Origin: Antechinus flavipes
Taxonomy: Eukaryota
Direction: 5' to 3'
DNA: 64,000 nt
Assembly (NCBI RefSeq): GCF_016432865.1
Contig: NC_067403.1
Span: 183,644,001 to 183,708,000, forward strand
Shown here: one piece after another, positions 37,480 through 50,805 of the stretch
Numbering within the stretch: the first letter of the stretch is position 1
Layout: every line of letters starts with the position of its first letter
The notes under the pieces: model-generated
What the model was told of the DNA's origin: nothing
Seen by the model: only the letters and a program-made list of their open reading frames with translations
Database searches by the model: none
Translations under genes and position numbers: made by a program

Positions 37480-38480
37480 GGTTGAAACCAAACACATTCA
37501 TCAATTCTTTCAAAAGATGGTGAAAATGTACCAAAATATTTCTAGCAGCCCAAGTTGTTATAGCAAGAAATGGAAACAAAGCAGACGCCCAATGATTGGG
37601 GAATGGCTAAACAAACTAAAGGGCATGAATGTGATGGAAAATTGCCGTGCTGTAAGAAAGAATGAAAAGGAGGAACACAGAGAAGCACAGAAAGACATAC
37701 TTGAACTGAGGCAAAGGAAAGAAAAGTAGAGCTGGAAAAACAATGTACCCAAGGACTGCAACAAAATAAATGGAAAGAGTAACAGTCACAAATGTGACTA
37801 TTCACAGCATGTAAATGTTGCAAAATTACTGAGAACAAGCTTGGTTGAAACCTGTGAATGAAAGTTGATGATTTTCTAACTATGATTACCAAAAAAACCC
37901 CCAAAAAACAAAAAACCTACCATGACTACAAGCAGCTCACAAGGACCATATTCTTTTGCCTATTACTATGAATAAAGTTACAAATGAAGAATAATTGTAT
38001 TCTATTTTCAGAGGAGATAAAAAACTACATTCCATTTCTCCTACCTGAAAGTCCATGATCTTATCCAAAATCTCAAAATGAGATGGGAGAAAGGGAAATA
38101 TTTTTGAATGTGAGACCTTGTATTTGGCTGAACTATACCACATGTTGATAGCACTGAAAAGACACCACTGTTGAAAGATACTGTCAGAAAGAAGAGATAT
38201 GGGAAGACATAACTTTTTAAAAAAATGTTGTCTCCTCAAAGAGGGCAGAGAGGCAGGAATGAAAGAATTTGAAATTCAAAATTTTTGGAAATGATTGTTA
38301 AAATTTTTTTACATGTCATTGAGAAATTTTTATGAAACAGATAAAAATAATTTTGAAAAGAATTCTTTGTTATAAAGGTTGGCTCTCAGGGAGATTACAT
38401 AGGCTGGCTCTTAGGGAGAGGATAGATGTGTAGGAAGGAAGGGAAAATCTAGGTGATATAAAGCCAAGAGCTCTTCATAA
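37480..38480 (+). mobile_element. Old L1 ORF2 C-terminus and 3'UTR
   Basis: gcaagaaatggaaacaaagcagacgcccaatgattggggaatggctaaacaaact. Confidence 0.85.
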
Positions 38481-38529
38481 AATTTCATCTTAAAAAAATA
38501 GATGAATGGATGAATAAATAAATAAACAT

Positions 38530-39430
38530 GCAAAAACATAAAAATAAAATAAAACAAGACACGGTAAATGTAGGTTTGGCACTCAGAAGAATAATCAAGA
38601 CTAAAGATGGAGATTTGTTTGTTTTGCTGAAGCAACTGGGGTCAAGTAACTTGCCCAGGATCACACAGCTAGGAAGTATTAGTCTGAGGTCAGATTTGAA
38701 CTCAGGTCCTCCTGACTTCAAGGCTGGTGCTCTATCCACTACGCCACTTAGATGCCCCTTTTTGTTTGTTTGTTTGTTTGTTAAGATGGAGATTTGAAAA
38801 GCATCTGTATGAAGGTAGTAGTTGAAGCTATGGATATGAATAAAGTTATTAAAGGACAGGGTATGAAGAGAGAAATGAGCCAAGGGCACTCTTGGAGAAC
38901 ATCCATAACATCCTATTAGGAGACCAGGAAAAGAACCAGGAGCCAGTAAAAGAGTCTGAGTGCTTGAAAAGGTAAAAGGGGAACAGGGAGATCTCCTCTG
39001 AGGGATCCAAAGAGAGCCTGATCATGGGAAGGAGTGGGAAGCAGTATCTAATGCTGCAAAATGGTGAAAGTGGAGGAATACTAAAAAAAACAGACACCAT
39101 ATTGAAAGGGTGGAAAAGACAGTAGGGAGTAAGGAAATGGGGGGAGCAGGTATAGCCAGCTTTTTCAATAATCTGACAATGAAGAGGTGAAGAGTGGATA
39201 GCACAAGATAAAGACCAGATACCTTTATCTGGGGGAGATCTTTCCCTCCCTCCCCCTAGCCAGGGAGATTTGAGCACATCTGTAGCCAGATGCAAAGAAG
39301 CCAATGGCAAGGGAAAGTGGCCTAAAAGCCAGAAGACGGTTCAGGGGCCAAGAATCTAAGGAAGTGGAAGAGGTTGGGATCAATGACACAAAGAAAGAAA
39401 GAAATGGTTAAAGATGCTGAGAAGCCTTAA
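38530..39430 (-). mobile_element. L2 relic with a nested SINE
   Basis: aagatggagatttg|aaaagcatctgtatgaaggtagtagttgaagctatgg, plus antisense RT-region motifs. Confidence 0.75.
38618..38758 (-). mobile_element. WSINE1-type SINE with 14-bp TSD
   Basis: SINE head ends at 38758; TSD aagatggagatttg at 38604-38617 and 38783-38796. Confidence 0.92.
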
Positions 39431-41265
39431 GGAATCAGGAAAAGTACCAAGGGAGCTTCCATTGGTTATCCTCCATCCTCTCAAGGAAGTAGAAAAGATG
39501 AGATTGCTAAGGAAACATGCTCCTCCACTTTCCTTTTTTCTAACATCAGTTTTTATTCCAGGAATTAGAACTACTTCCAAGCATTTGAGTTAATAATTTA
39601 GGCAGAAATTCCAGGAAAATCCAATCTAACAAATATGACATAGAACAGTCAAGTTGACATTTTTCTCACAAGGCCTAAGACACTAAGCAGCCTAAATAAA
39701 ATCAGCCACTTTGACAATCTGACTCAACATGACTGTTTCTCATATAGAAGGCTGATCTGAGATCCCACTGATGGGAGCCATCTTAGCACTAAAACAGACC
39801 TCAAAACCTCTCCCCTCTCCCCATGATGAGTCACTTGCAACAGAAAATTCATCACTCCACCCAGTGTCCAGAGGGGCTCCAGTATATCTGGCTTCCAGAT
39901 CTAATCCCATAACATTCTTTCTTCCAGAAAGATATTCTCAGCTCCCTTTGATGCCCATGGTTCTTAGCCATTTTAATGGGATGGGCAACAATGAACCCAG
40001 GCCACTTAGTTCTACTAGCAATCGATTCTAGAAGGGGAAGGGAGGAGGGGAATGGAGGGAAGAAGTCTTTCAGGAGAAGCTCCTGGATTCTAAGGTCATA
40101 AGAACATACTTAAGAGCTGAAAGGAACCTGAGAACCACGTAATTCCAATCCTCATTTTACAGATGAGTAAACAGAGGCTGAGAGAAGGGAAGAGGTCAAT
40201 TCAAAGGTTTTGCATGCAATAAGTGTTTAGATCAAGAGCAATTTTCATACCCCACAGGTCAAAGGAGATATCTTGCCTTTAATGGAAGTTTTAGAATATC
40301 TACAAGGAAACTCCAAAGTCTGGAAAATCTTAGGCTATTTCAGATCCCAGAGATATTCCAGAAGTGGTCTAATTCCACAAAAGATCCAAAAGCCCAGAAG
40401 AGCAAGTTATTAATGTCCTTGACTTCCAGAAAGTACAGCCATGTTGAAGCATAAGGGACAAACCACAAGAAGAGGAAAAAGGAGGTGAAACATGTTTTTC
40501 AGCATTCCAAGAAAAGTCTGTCATTCATTCTAGTTGTCTCCTTGAGGAGTCACCGAGTTGGCCAAGCCCTCAGTTGTAACTCAGGTTACCATCAATACCC
40601 GGAGTATTTGCTATGACCCACTCCTGTTCTCTCTGCCCCTTTCAACCCCTGACTTCCTTTCTGACACAATTTCTCTCACAATTGATGATTTCTTACAGAA
40701 TCTACACTGGGAAATCCAACTAAGGCTGATGTGAAACGCTTCACAATTCAACTATATCTTTGATCAGGAATCATATTTGACCGTTCTTCTAAACAGAAAT
40801 AAGCTATTCTAACATGGAGCTATATTAGCCTATATACAGCACCTATGAATAAAGTTGATGACTTTCTAGCCACAATGACAAAAAATTGTGAATGCAAGCA
40901 GCTTATAAAGCCTACATTTTTACACTGCTGAGATTATGTAGGATGACTAATTTGTTCTATTTTCAGGGGGAAAAAGAACACGTGTTGCAATTCTTCATTT
41001 CCAAATCCATCATGTTGTCCACAATTTCAAATTGCGGTAAAGGAAGGAAATATTTTCAAAAGCATAAAAAATACATTTGACTTAACTACACCACATAAGT
41101 TGGTAGCACTGTGAACACCTTGACACAGTTCTGCATCTGCTCAACCATCTTGAGAATGGGAAGAGTCACCGACTAATCCTTCCTTTTAGTCAGGTCCGGA
41201 GCCCCAGCTACCCAGGTCAACCCACCCCCACCCACCAAGGAAGGAGAGAGTTGAAAGTCCCTTAC

Positions 41266-41490
41266 TGGCATTCTCTGCTCGCTCTGCCCTCCCCCTTCTG
41301 TCCCAGGCCTTGCTGCTCCATGCTCAGACAACAGGGGCACCCTGAAGCAACCGGTTCTTTCCTTTCCCCACTAGTGTTACAGCTGCAGTCCCAGGCATGC
41401 AGGACAGACAGGAAGTTAGACTGTACACATCATCCCAACTTCCGCTTGGCGCTGACCAGCACACACAGATCTTCACCCCAGAGCATGCAT
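41266..41490 (-). other. Candidate exon (UTR, terminal or non-coding; stops in all three frames)
   Basis: Acceptor ttttctttctttttcctctgacag|ATGCATG and possible donor GCCA|gtaagg. It lies in a CpG-enriched, TE-free block. Confidence 0.4.
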
Positions 41491-42029
41491 CTGTCAGAGG
41501 AAAAAGAAAGAAAACTGAAATGAGGACCTCGCCAAAACAGGTGGGCCTGTTAGCCAAGCAGGAAGGCCACAAGGTGAGCGGGAGCAACGTCGTCCAAGTC
41601 AAAAGGCCACAGAGACTGGTGAGAAGCTGCACAGGTTCACAGAAGCAGAGGAAGGCAGAGTCGCGCTGAGAGAAGGCAGTGCAAGAGGGGCAATGGAGAA
41701 GGATGGAGGACTGACCATGCAGATGGATGCAGAGGACAGAGTGGCAGGCGGCAGCAAACGGGGACACAAGGAGAGACGAGGTGCATTAGACCAAATGGGA
41801 CATCATGAGAAATGGTGGCAACTCACTGCCCTTATCCCTTTATGAGTTCAGGAATCAGCACTATGATATGCTCCAATTTAGGTCTTCCTCATGCTAAGTG
41901 CTCTGTTCTGGCCATTGGATTACACTGCCCCAGCCACTGAATTACACCATTGCTGGCTGTCATTAGCCTCTGACAAACTGCAAGCCATGAGCCCTGGCAA
42001 AGGGTGCCCAACCTGTATGACCTCAGGCA

Positions 42030-45000
42030 GATCCCTTTGTTTCTCTGTGCCTCGACTTCCTCATCTATAAGATAGGAATGATAATGAGAGTGCCTTGTAA
42101 ACTTTAAAGCATTACATAAATAGGAATTACTCCTTGTGTGAACTAGGGCAAGTGATATCAACTCTTAACCTGTTTCCTCTTCTATAAAATGGGAATTATA
42201 ATGTGAACATTCTGTGAGCTTAAAAGGAAAGGCAGCTTTCATTCCTCATAAACTAGTTTTCAGGAAAGTCATTGACCTCTTTGGGTTTCCCTGACCCCAT
42301 TTAGAAAATGGGGGCAGTCATGATGGCATTAAGAGGGTCACTTAGCACAGCAATGCCAAGCCCTGGGACCACAGCTAGGAAAGTCAGGCAGAGCAGACAA
42401 CATATAAAAGGAGGTTTGGATGCTGGGTGGATGATGAGGAAGTCACCATCTCTGGCTTTTGTAAGCCCAAGCTTAAAGGAGAGCTGTCAGAAACTACTAA
42501 ACATTTCCTTTTCCCCCCTTTTGACCTAAGTTAGAAAGATCTGTTTTCTATTTTGAATGATGGTCTGAAATGTCAAGCGCTGACATGATATGTTCATCCT
42601 GTTCCCTGGATTTCTGGAAACCCAGATTCGAGCCAAAGAAGGAGCCTCAGGGATCCAGACTACTCTCTGGCTCCAGGTCATCTAGCAGCCCAGCATCAAG
42701 TCTACATCTGCTATTGCAACTAGCTTCACAATTGGAACCTTAGAAGGTCCTCAATTTATAGGGGAAGAATTAAGGTCCAGAAACATAAAATTATTCCTCT
42801 GATGTCACACAGCTAATAAGTATCTCAGGCTGGATTTAAATCTCGGTCTTCCTGGCTCCAAAGCCAGCATTTTAACTCACAACCCTATCCCACACTAAGC
42901 CTCCTCGAGTGTACCCATTGCTCCTAGGACCTCCTGGCAGGGCCATAAGGACTCTCCGGTCCTTCTAATTCTGCCCACAGCACCACATAGCTCCCACATA
43001 TTCAATGAAAATGACAAACTCTACACATAAAGTCCAGATGCTTCTTTAGTTATCAAAGGGGTCCAAGAACTAAAACATTGCATACAGGACCACAAAGTGA
43101 ACAAGGGTCTCAGAAAATTACCAGCTATTAAGTCCCTTCCACAGCAGGGTAGCCAAATGATAGATGGAAATATACTGGAGCAAGTTAGCAACCAGACAAG
43201 AAACTAGACTACAGAGGGGCCAGAAAAGGAGGTGAGCCAATGAGGATGAGACCATAGGAAGCGGTCCTTGTGACAAGAACTGAGGTTCTTGATTCAAGTC
43301 AAATAAGTAAAAAGGGACACATTATGTAAAGCTCACATAATGAAAGAAGAGGAACTAGAAAAGGTCTCACTGCATTGAGTTCAGGTTCTCTGGGAGACTG
43401 ATAAAAATATGTGGGCAAGAGGGAAACAGGATGGGCAGGTGGAGACAGCTGGCATCTGTATCAGAGGAAGAGGAGCCCATGTGGTTGAGAGAATACCCTG
43501 TATCTACTTGGATGCCAATGATCCAGCTAGCACAGGAGCAGCGAAAGCCGTGCTTCCTTTCCCTTCCCACTCCACGGCCCATCTAACATAGACTCAACCC
43601 TCAAAATGTCAACACCAGGCTTCCAAGTTTAGAAGGGACCCACAAGGTCATCTAATTCAATGCTGTCATTTTACAGGTGAGGAAACTGAGAGCCAGAAAG
43701 ATTAATCATCTGCTCAAGGTCACCCAAATGATAGATGATAGGGTTCATATCCGGGATATGAACCCAGAGCCTCGGACTCCAATCTCAACTATCTCTCCAT
43801 TACAGGAAGCTTAGGATACAGTGAATAGAGCACCAAGCCAGGAATCAGGAATACCCAAGTTCAAATCTAGCCTTGGATACTACAATAATTGTCTGGATCT
43901 GGGCAATATATTTAATCAATTTATACCTTAGTCTCTTCATCTGTAAAATGGGGATAACAGCAGCACTTACTTCATAGGTCTGTTGTGAGGATCAAATGAG
44001 AGAGTATTCATGAAGAGGTTATTGCACTTGGATTGAGTCTAACACATAGTAGATGCTATATAAATGCTTATTCCTTTCCCCCTCTTCCCTTCCCCTTGGC
44101 TAAGATATAAAAGGTTCTAAGTATGAATATTCTGATCAGAAATGTGCAAAGATTAAGCATGGGAGGAAAATATCAGGCCAAGAATTCACATCTTAGTAGT
44201 GCAAATAACAATTAGGGAATAACACGGCTCCCATTTCTAGAGGTTTTGCTGCTGCCCTTGCTCTTTCACTACATGTGATCTATTGAGTTGGGATTATTCA
44301 CTCCACTGTACAAATGGGAGAACTAAGGTTCTTGATTCAGGTCAAATAAGTAGTAAAGGGCTTATTTTTTTTTTTTTTTCGGAGGTAAGATCCTAACACA
44401 AGTTCCCAGACGCCAAACCCCGCACTTTCATCATCTTCATCCTCATCTGTTACTATAGTTAATAACATTTATACAACTCTTCAGGGTGTGTAAATCACTT
44501 TACAAACATTACCTCATTTGACCTGCACAACAATTTTGGGAGGCAAGTGCCTCTATTATTATTAGCCCCATTTTACAGAAAAGGCAACGAAGGTCAATAG
44601 AAGCACAGCCAGTAAGGTCTGAGACAGAATTCAACCTCAGGTTTTTCTGACTCCAAGTCCAGTGTTCTGTGCACTGTAGCAACCCCCTAAGTTCCCACTG
44701 TGACATTTCCCATTGTGATAACAATATATTTTCCCTCTGAGAGATGACTCAACTCTTTGGAATTACCCAACTGTGTGATTGCTGGCTCCTGTCACCTGTC
44801 TCTCACCCTGTCCACACCCAAAAGTTACCTGTCACCTGCCTTCATTTATTCTCAAATCACTTTCACTGTGCTAATGAAGAGGGGGAAACCAAAAGGACTT
44901 AGAGGGAGAAAGCATCTCCACATTTCCTGACTGCTCCATTGCACAGAGAACAAACTGAGTTCAGAGCAACAGAGAAATGACTTGTCCAATATCCTGCCAG

Positions 45001-45270
45001 TAGTGGGGGCAGAGCTTAGAATGATCCAAGGCTAGCCTTATTCCCCAAAGGGTCCCCAATTCACCATCTAAGAGTCTATCAGTATATCCATAGGGCCATA
45101 AGATTTAGAGCAGGGGAGGACTTTGGAAGGCAGCTCACCTTGACACAAAAGGGAAACTGAGGCTCACGGGGAAAGTGACCTGTCCAAGCATATCCAGGGA
45201 ACAATGGCAAAGCCTGGTTTGAACCTGGGTCCCCTGACTCAGAAAGCATTCAGTTCTGTCCACTCCACTA
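42030..45270. mobile_element. Cluster of about 10 MIR-family fragments on both strands
   Basis: Repeated CORE motifs (cattttacag...gaaactgagg; ctcttcatctgtaaaatgggga), e.g. 42720-42880, 43620-43800, 43805-44070, 44460-44690, 45100-45270. Confidence 0.75.
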
Positions 45271-45320
45271 CAAATTGGACAAATTTAGCAGAACAAATAT
45301 TTATTAAGCTATTGTTGTGG

Positions 45321-45364
45321 GCACTCTACTGGGCTAATCTTGGCACTCTACTGGGCTAATCTTG
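45321..45364. repeat. Perfect 22-bp tandem duplication
   Basis: gcactctactgggctaatcttg x2. Confidence 0.95.
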
Positions 45365-47243
45365 GAAGAGTTTTATCAGCATTAGAAATGCAGAGAGGGA
45401 GGAAAGATCAAAAGACAGGGCAGGTTCCTAGCTTGATGCTCGACATGCCTTTCCTATGGACTCATTCATATAAACAGGGCTAAAATGCACCTCACTGTTT
45501 AACTTTCCCAAGTAACAGAAACCCCCACGAGTGCTTCGCTCCATCCATGCTTACCACAGGAAGGAGACTGTTCAGGGGTTATTCCCAGGTGGGCCGAGGC
45601 CCTGGCATCCCCTCACAAGCAGAGTGCCAAGCAAATGGAAGACATGAACCACGCATGGTTGCCCCAGCCCCGTACAAGGCCTCCTTCTGTGATCTCTGTG
45701 AATCACCCAGATCACAGCATTTCATCAGCCCATCCAGGGCACCACAAACAAGCCTTAGCCAGTGGACTGAGCCTCAGCCCAGGGATGGGATCTGCCCACG
45801 GTTACACAGCTAGCTAAGAAGCACCAGGAGCAGGGATGGGTTTGGTCTTCTTGTCTCCAAAGGAGATGGGGGTGTTCCATCGGACACACAACGCAGAGTC
45901 TTCCAAAACCATCATGGGGATATTATCTTTGCAATAACTTTGTCAGGCAGGAAGGATAGGTATTTTGCTATTATGTTTGCCTGACCCTGATCAGAAGGCT
46001 GAGCTACAATCTTGGTCTCTCTATTTTTCATCCAGTGCCTTTCTCTGTCCCCTCTCATCATCTGCCTTTCCCAGGACCCATCTACCTTATGGGATACGTC
46101 TTATCCAACTCATTCATTCAACTAAGGCTATTATTATGTCAGATGAAAAAACTGAGTCCCACAGAGTGTGAGCTGCCATATGGCTAATGGCAGAACCAAG
46201 ACTGGTACCGAATAAGGGAATGAGAGAGGAGACCTGGCTTCTAATCCTGTTCAATCACCTATTTACTGGGTATTAGGAGGGGATCTTGCCCCCTCTGAGA
46301 CTCAGCAGCCCCAACAAGGCTAATGAGAGGAAGAAAGGTTCCACTCTCTATCCCCAACTCACCCACCTCCCCATCACACATACACCGTTCAGAGCATCAT
46401 CTTTCATGGAAGCAAAGATCTGAAATAAAGTTAGACAAATGCTCATCGACCAGAAAGTCACTGGGCAGAGCATGGCAAACATAATGGACTCTCACTGCTC
46501 TGCAGGAATAAATGAAGAACAGAGACATGGGAAGAGGTATGGGAACCCTGGCTCTCCTTGGGCCGCTCTTTCACTTACTCATCCCACCCAAGACAGCCAC
46601 CCTCTCCACTTGGACATTGCATGGCCTTGCTGGCACGTTTCAGGGCTGTAGTTTGAGCTTAATTGGATTGTAAGCTCCGGAAAGGGAGAACTGGATCTGC
46701 TTCAGTGCCCAGGAAGACCCCCACTGTCCCAGTAGAGCCTTCACAGGGTTGTTGAATGAATGAGTTGGGTAAGATGTATCCCATAAGGTAGATGGACACT
46801 GGGAAAGGCAGATGATGAGAGGGGACAGAGAAAGGCATTGAATGAAAAACACAGAGAACAAGCTGGTAGCAGCCTTCTAATCAGGGCCAGGAGACATTAC
46901 CTGGGCCACCACTCATCCTGCACGTGTCCTGTTCATGCTCTGTCGTTCCTATGTTGTCTCCCCAATTAGAATGTGAACTCCCTGAGGGCAGGGACTGTGC
47001 TAATTAATGGTAGGTAACAAACCCCTTGCTCTCTCTGGGCCACTAAAGATCTGAGTCTAGATGACCTCCCTCAGAGGCTACTACCTCTAAATGCTATGGT
47101 CCTGAGATCCCTGCAGGCTTTCAGGAAATGATGGTGAAACCCCACCCAAATCTCCATCTTGGCTATTCCGGGAACTTTTCTTCCACTCACTTCCATGCAT
47201 CTTATTTTTAATAATTTATTCCTTTCCTTTCACAATAAGCATA

Positions 47244-47410
47244 GGGAAGGCAGCTAGATGGCCCAGTGGATAAAGTACCAGCCCTAAAGTCAGGAGGACC
47301 TGAGTTCAAATCTGACCTCAGATACTTAACACTTCCTAGCTGTGTGATCCTGGGCAAGTCACTTAACCCCAATTGCCCCAGGGGAACAACAACAACAACA
47401 AAAAAAAAAT
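47244..47410 (+). mobile_element. WSINE1-type SINE with (CAA)n/A tail
   Basis: ggcagctagatggcccagtggataaagtaccagccctaaagtcaggaggacctgagttcaaatc. Confidence 0.9.
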
Positions 47411-49387
47411 CCCACTAAACATAGGAATGGGCACTGAATCACTCCCCTAAAGCAGAATGGCACTTTATGGTCATATTTCTGAGTCAGGACTTGAACCCAG
47501 GTCCTTCTTGGTTCTGGGGGCAGCTCACTCCACTGCCTCTCATAACAATATTATTATTATTAAGAAAAGCAATAGCTAGTATTTACATAATACTTTAAGA
47601 TGCATGAAGTATTTAACTCATCAAAAAAAAAAATCACCCCCCCCCCCCAAAAGACATACTTAAGCCTTGAGAGTAGTAGTGAGGGAGAGAAAGGAAAGAA
47701 GGGGAGAGAGAGATCAGGTGGCTTTGTTTTGCCGCTTCAGGCCAATGTGTGATCCTGAAATGAAAGCAGAAGGATTCTGATCAGCAGTTACTAGAGGAGA
47801 CAATCATCCACAAGGAAGAGTTCATCTGCTCTCCAAGTACATTTCCATGCTAACTCTTCACACATACGTATCTGCGCATACATACATATGTATTACCCAT
47901 ATGTAGATGATGAATGAAAGGAGACTTTACTCATATGGCAAATAAATATTATTTCCTTCAGTTAAGGGATGGGATGGGCTAGGGTCTGGAACTGTGTTCA
48001 TTGTACAGCTTCCAGATGAGGCTGCTGCTGTTTCCTATGCAACCCCAAAGCATTAAGAAATAAAGGGATTTTCCCAGAGTCACATAGCCTATAGCTGGAT
48101 CAGGATAGTAAAAGGGAAGAGGGGGGCAAGAGTATGAAACCCTGGCTCCAAGACCAGCTTTCTGTCTCCCATGCCAGCCTTACAGAAAGACAAAGAATTT
48201 TAAAATGGCACAGGTCGTTGAGTATGGGTCAGGAGAGAGTCTACCAAATACTAGTGGAAATTCCCTAAGCCTCAGTTTCTCCTTTATAAAATGATAGGGT
48301 CAAATGAGAAGATGGCTGAGAGTCCTCTTTAGAGCTCTGGATCCTGTGACCCATAGGCCCCTCAGCTCTGCAATGACTTATCAGGGTCCGGTTCTTTGCT
48401 TGGGGACAGGATGGGACAAATTACAATAAACACTGTGTGAACAGTATATAAAGAGAAAGTGAAGTTGTTGAAGGGAGAGGGGAGTTAATCCTTTAAATGA
48501 GATTTTTGCAAAAGAAAATATAAATAAGCTCATCGGATAAATGTTTATCTTGTTTCCCAACAGATGATCCTTTTTGTGTTCTAGTTCTGAAAAGTCACCT
48601 TAAGTTGGGCCCAGGAAAGAAAGAGGGCACCTTCTTTTGTGACGGCTCTTATTTCCTTTGAAAGTTCATGTTTGGGTCAGCCAAGTTGCAACAGGGAAAA
48701 TCCTAGCCCTGCCTAACCCATCCCTGCTCTATTAGGCAAGGCCCTGGGGGTGAGGGTTTGTGGCCAGGGGGATGGCTTACTGCTTCTCAGCCGGATGGAA
48801 AAGGAAGCATCCATCTGTCTAAGTGTCTCATGGGTCTATCTCAGGGCTTCCAACTTAGCCTCCCAAGGAATTTCCCTCTGAGGTAAACTCAAGGAAAGGC
48901 TGAACCTGCACTGAAGGGACCATGGGGCTTGTTTCTCCTGAGGAGCAAGAGTGTGTACGAGGGAAGGGAATGGTTTTCTGGTCTAGGAAGTTTGTGTGTG
49001 ACTGGCGATGGGGGAAGGTAAGAAGAAGAAAGACGAGAAGGGAAGAAGGGCAGGGCTAACTCCCTCCCTTACACTACCTTCCAGACAGATGTCAAAACTT
49101 GAATTTCCTTCAATTTCGTAAAAGTCAGTTGATTTCATAAAAGCCAGGATCACAACCATAATCACAGAGTCCTGGACTCCAGAATGGTAAAAGAAAAAGG
49201 CAGAGCAGGATAAAGGCATCTGACTGGAGACCCCTGATCCTTGGGGGAAATGCTTCTCTCCAAGAAGGAGCCCACTAGCACTTGGTAAAGGCAAACTCAG
49301 GCCCTCCTTTATCTGTTACTGCCTGTGGAGTCCCTAAGCTGAGTCCCAGGCAAGGGCAGCTGCTCTAGACTTACTGCTAAACTAGGT

Positions 49388-49810
49388 GGGGTAGGATTGG
49401 ATGGGATGAGATGAGGTAGGACACAGTGGGATGGAACAGATTGGATCCAGTGGGATGAGAAAGGATGCTCTGGGATGGAATAAGAAATGGAATAGGGTGG
49501 GAGAGCATGCAATGGGATAAGATAATTTGGGGGTAGAATTCTATGCATGGGGGAATGCAGTGGGATAGAACAAGATAAGATATGGTTGGATCTAATGGGA
49601 TGGGAAAGGATGCTCCGGGGATGGAAGAAGGTAGGAAAAGGATGGAATAGGGTGAGAGAACATGCAATGAGATAAGATAGTTGGGGGGTAGAATTCTATG
49701 ATATGGGGATGGGCTAAGATGGAATGGGATGAGGTAGGATCTACCTCATAGGGCTAGGATTCCCCCATAGAGGTGGGATGGGATGAGTTACAATGAGATG
49801 GAAGTAGATC
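49388..49810. repeat. GGGAT/GGAAT pentamer-based degenerate repeat with a ~150-bp higher-order duplication
   Basis: Two copies of atggaatagggtg(g/a)gaga(g/a)catgcaatg(g/a)gataagata...gggggtagaattctatg within ggatg-rich sequence. Confidence 0.85.
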
Positions 49811-50249
49811 CTAAGGCTTAGGAAGGGATAGAATTCCAACACCTCTTAAATACACCTTTCAGAGAGAGCTCTTGTGAGCTGCCATGCTACCTGAGGGCCT
49901 CCTTGGACACCAAGTTTTAAAGATCCAATATCCCATCAATCAATCACCAACCACAACCTTGCCAAGACAACCCTTCCAACTTAGCTTACTGTGACCTCTC
50001 CCTTGCCCTTCCCATAGTCTTCCAGGATCCATAATGCCCCACATCTTTTTATTTACCATGGTAACATGAACTTCATAATCTTTGACCAAACTTTGCCTAT
50101 GACCCAACTCCTCGGGCCTTTCAGATCTCGATGTCCTTATCTACAGAATGAGCGAACTGGACAAAACATTTTCAAACCTGGTGATCATGCATCCAATTTT
50201 ACAAGATGCTGGTCTCTCAGTCTTCACCTGGCAAAGGTTTCAAGAGCAC

Positions 50250-50805
50250 CTGTGGCCCCATAGACACAAAACTATTTATAGAAGCATCTTTTGTGGGAGC
50301 AAAGAACTCTAAACATAGGTGATACCAAACCCCCGGGGAGCAGCTAAACAAACTGTGATGAGGGAGGGAGTTGGAGAACGTTATCACCAAGGAAGAAACC
50401 ACAAGACTGAAGGAACAGAAAAGCCTGGGAAGACATCTATGAACTGATACAGGTGGAAACTGTACAAAAGTGCTGCTATAAAGTAAACAGAAAGAACCAC
50501 AAACAATTGAATGCTGTGAAATTATACTGACCACCCCTAGTCCCAAAGGAGAGATATGGGAAGGTGTCTCCCCTCCCCTTCTTTGCAGAGGTGGGGAATT
50601 ATGTGTGAGAAATGCTGCAAATAATGTCAGACTTTTTTGAGAGTTTGGCAAGTATTGCTTAAATGGGTTTGGTTTTGGTTTTTTTCCTGCCCCTTTTTTT
50701 ATTCTTTGTTATAAGGAATGGCTCTTGGGAAAAGGAAGAGATACACTAGGAAAAAGATGATGCATCCTCCCCCAAAAAATCAACAACAATTTTTTAAAAA
50801 TATAA
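50250..50805 (+). mobile_element. Old L1 ORF2 end and 3'UTR
   Basis: caaaactatttatagaagcatcttttgtgggagcaaagaact...gggaagacatctatgaactgatac. Confidence 0.8.

Noticed and set aside
41320-41445. C/D snoRNA-like or miRNA-like reading (ATGATGT...CTGA on the - strand; ggaagtt/aacttcc stem)
   Set aside because: The C box is imperfect, there is no terminal stem, the hairpin has only 7 bp, and the resemblance to miR-30 is superficial.
15580-47410. tRNA-like heads (A/B boxes) as tRNA genes
   Set aside because: They are the 5' ends of WSINE1 and MAR1 SINEs and lack a cloverleaf and anticodon arm.
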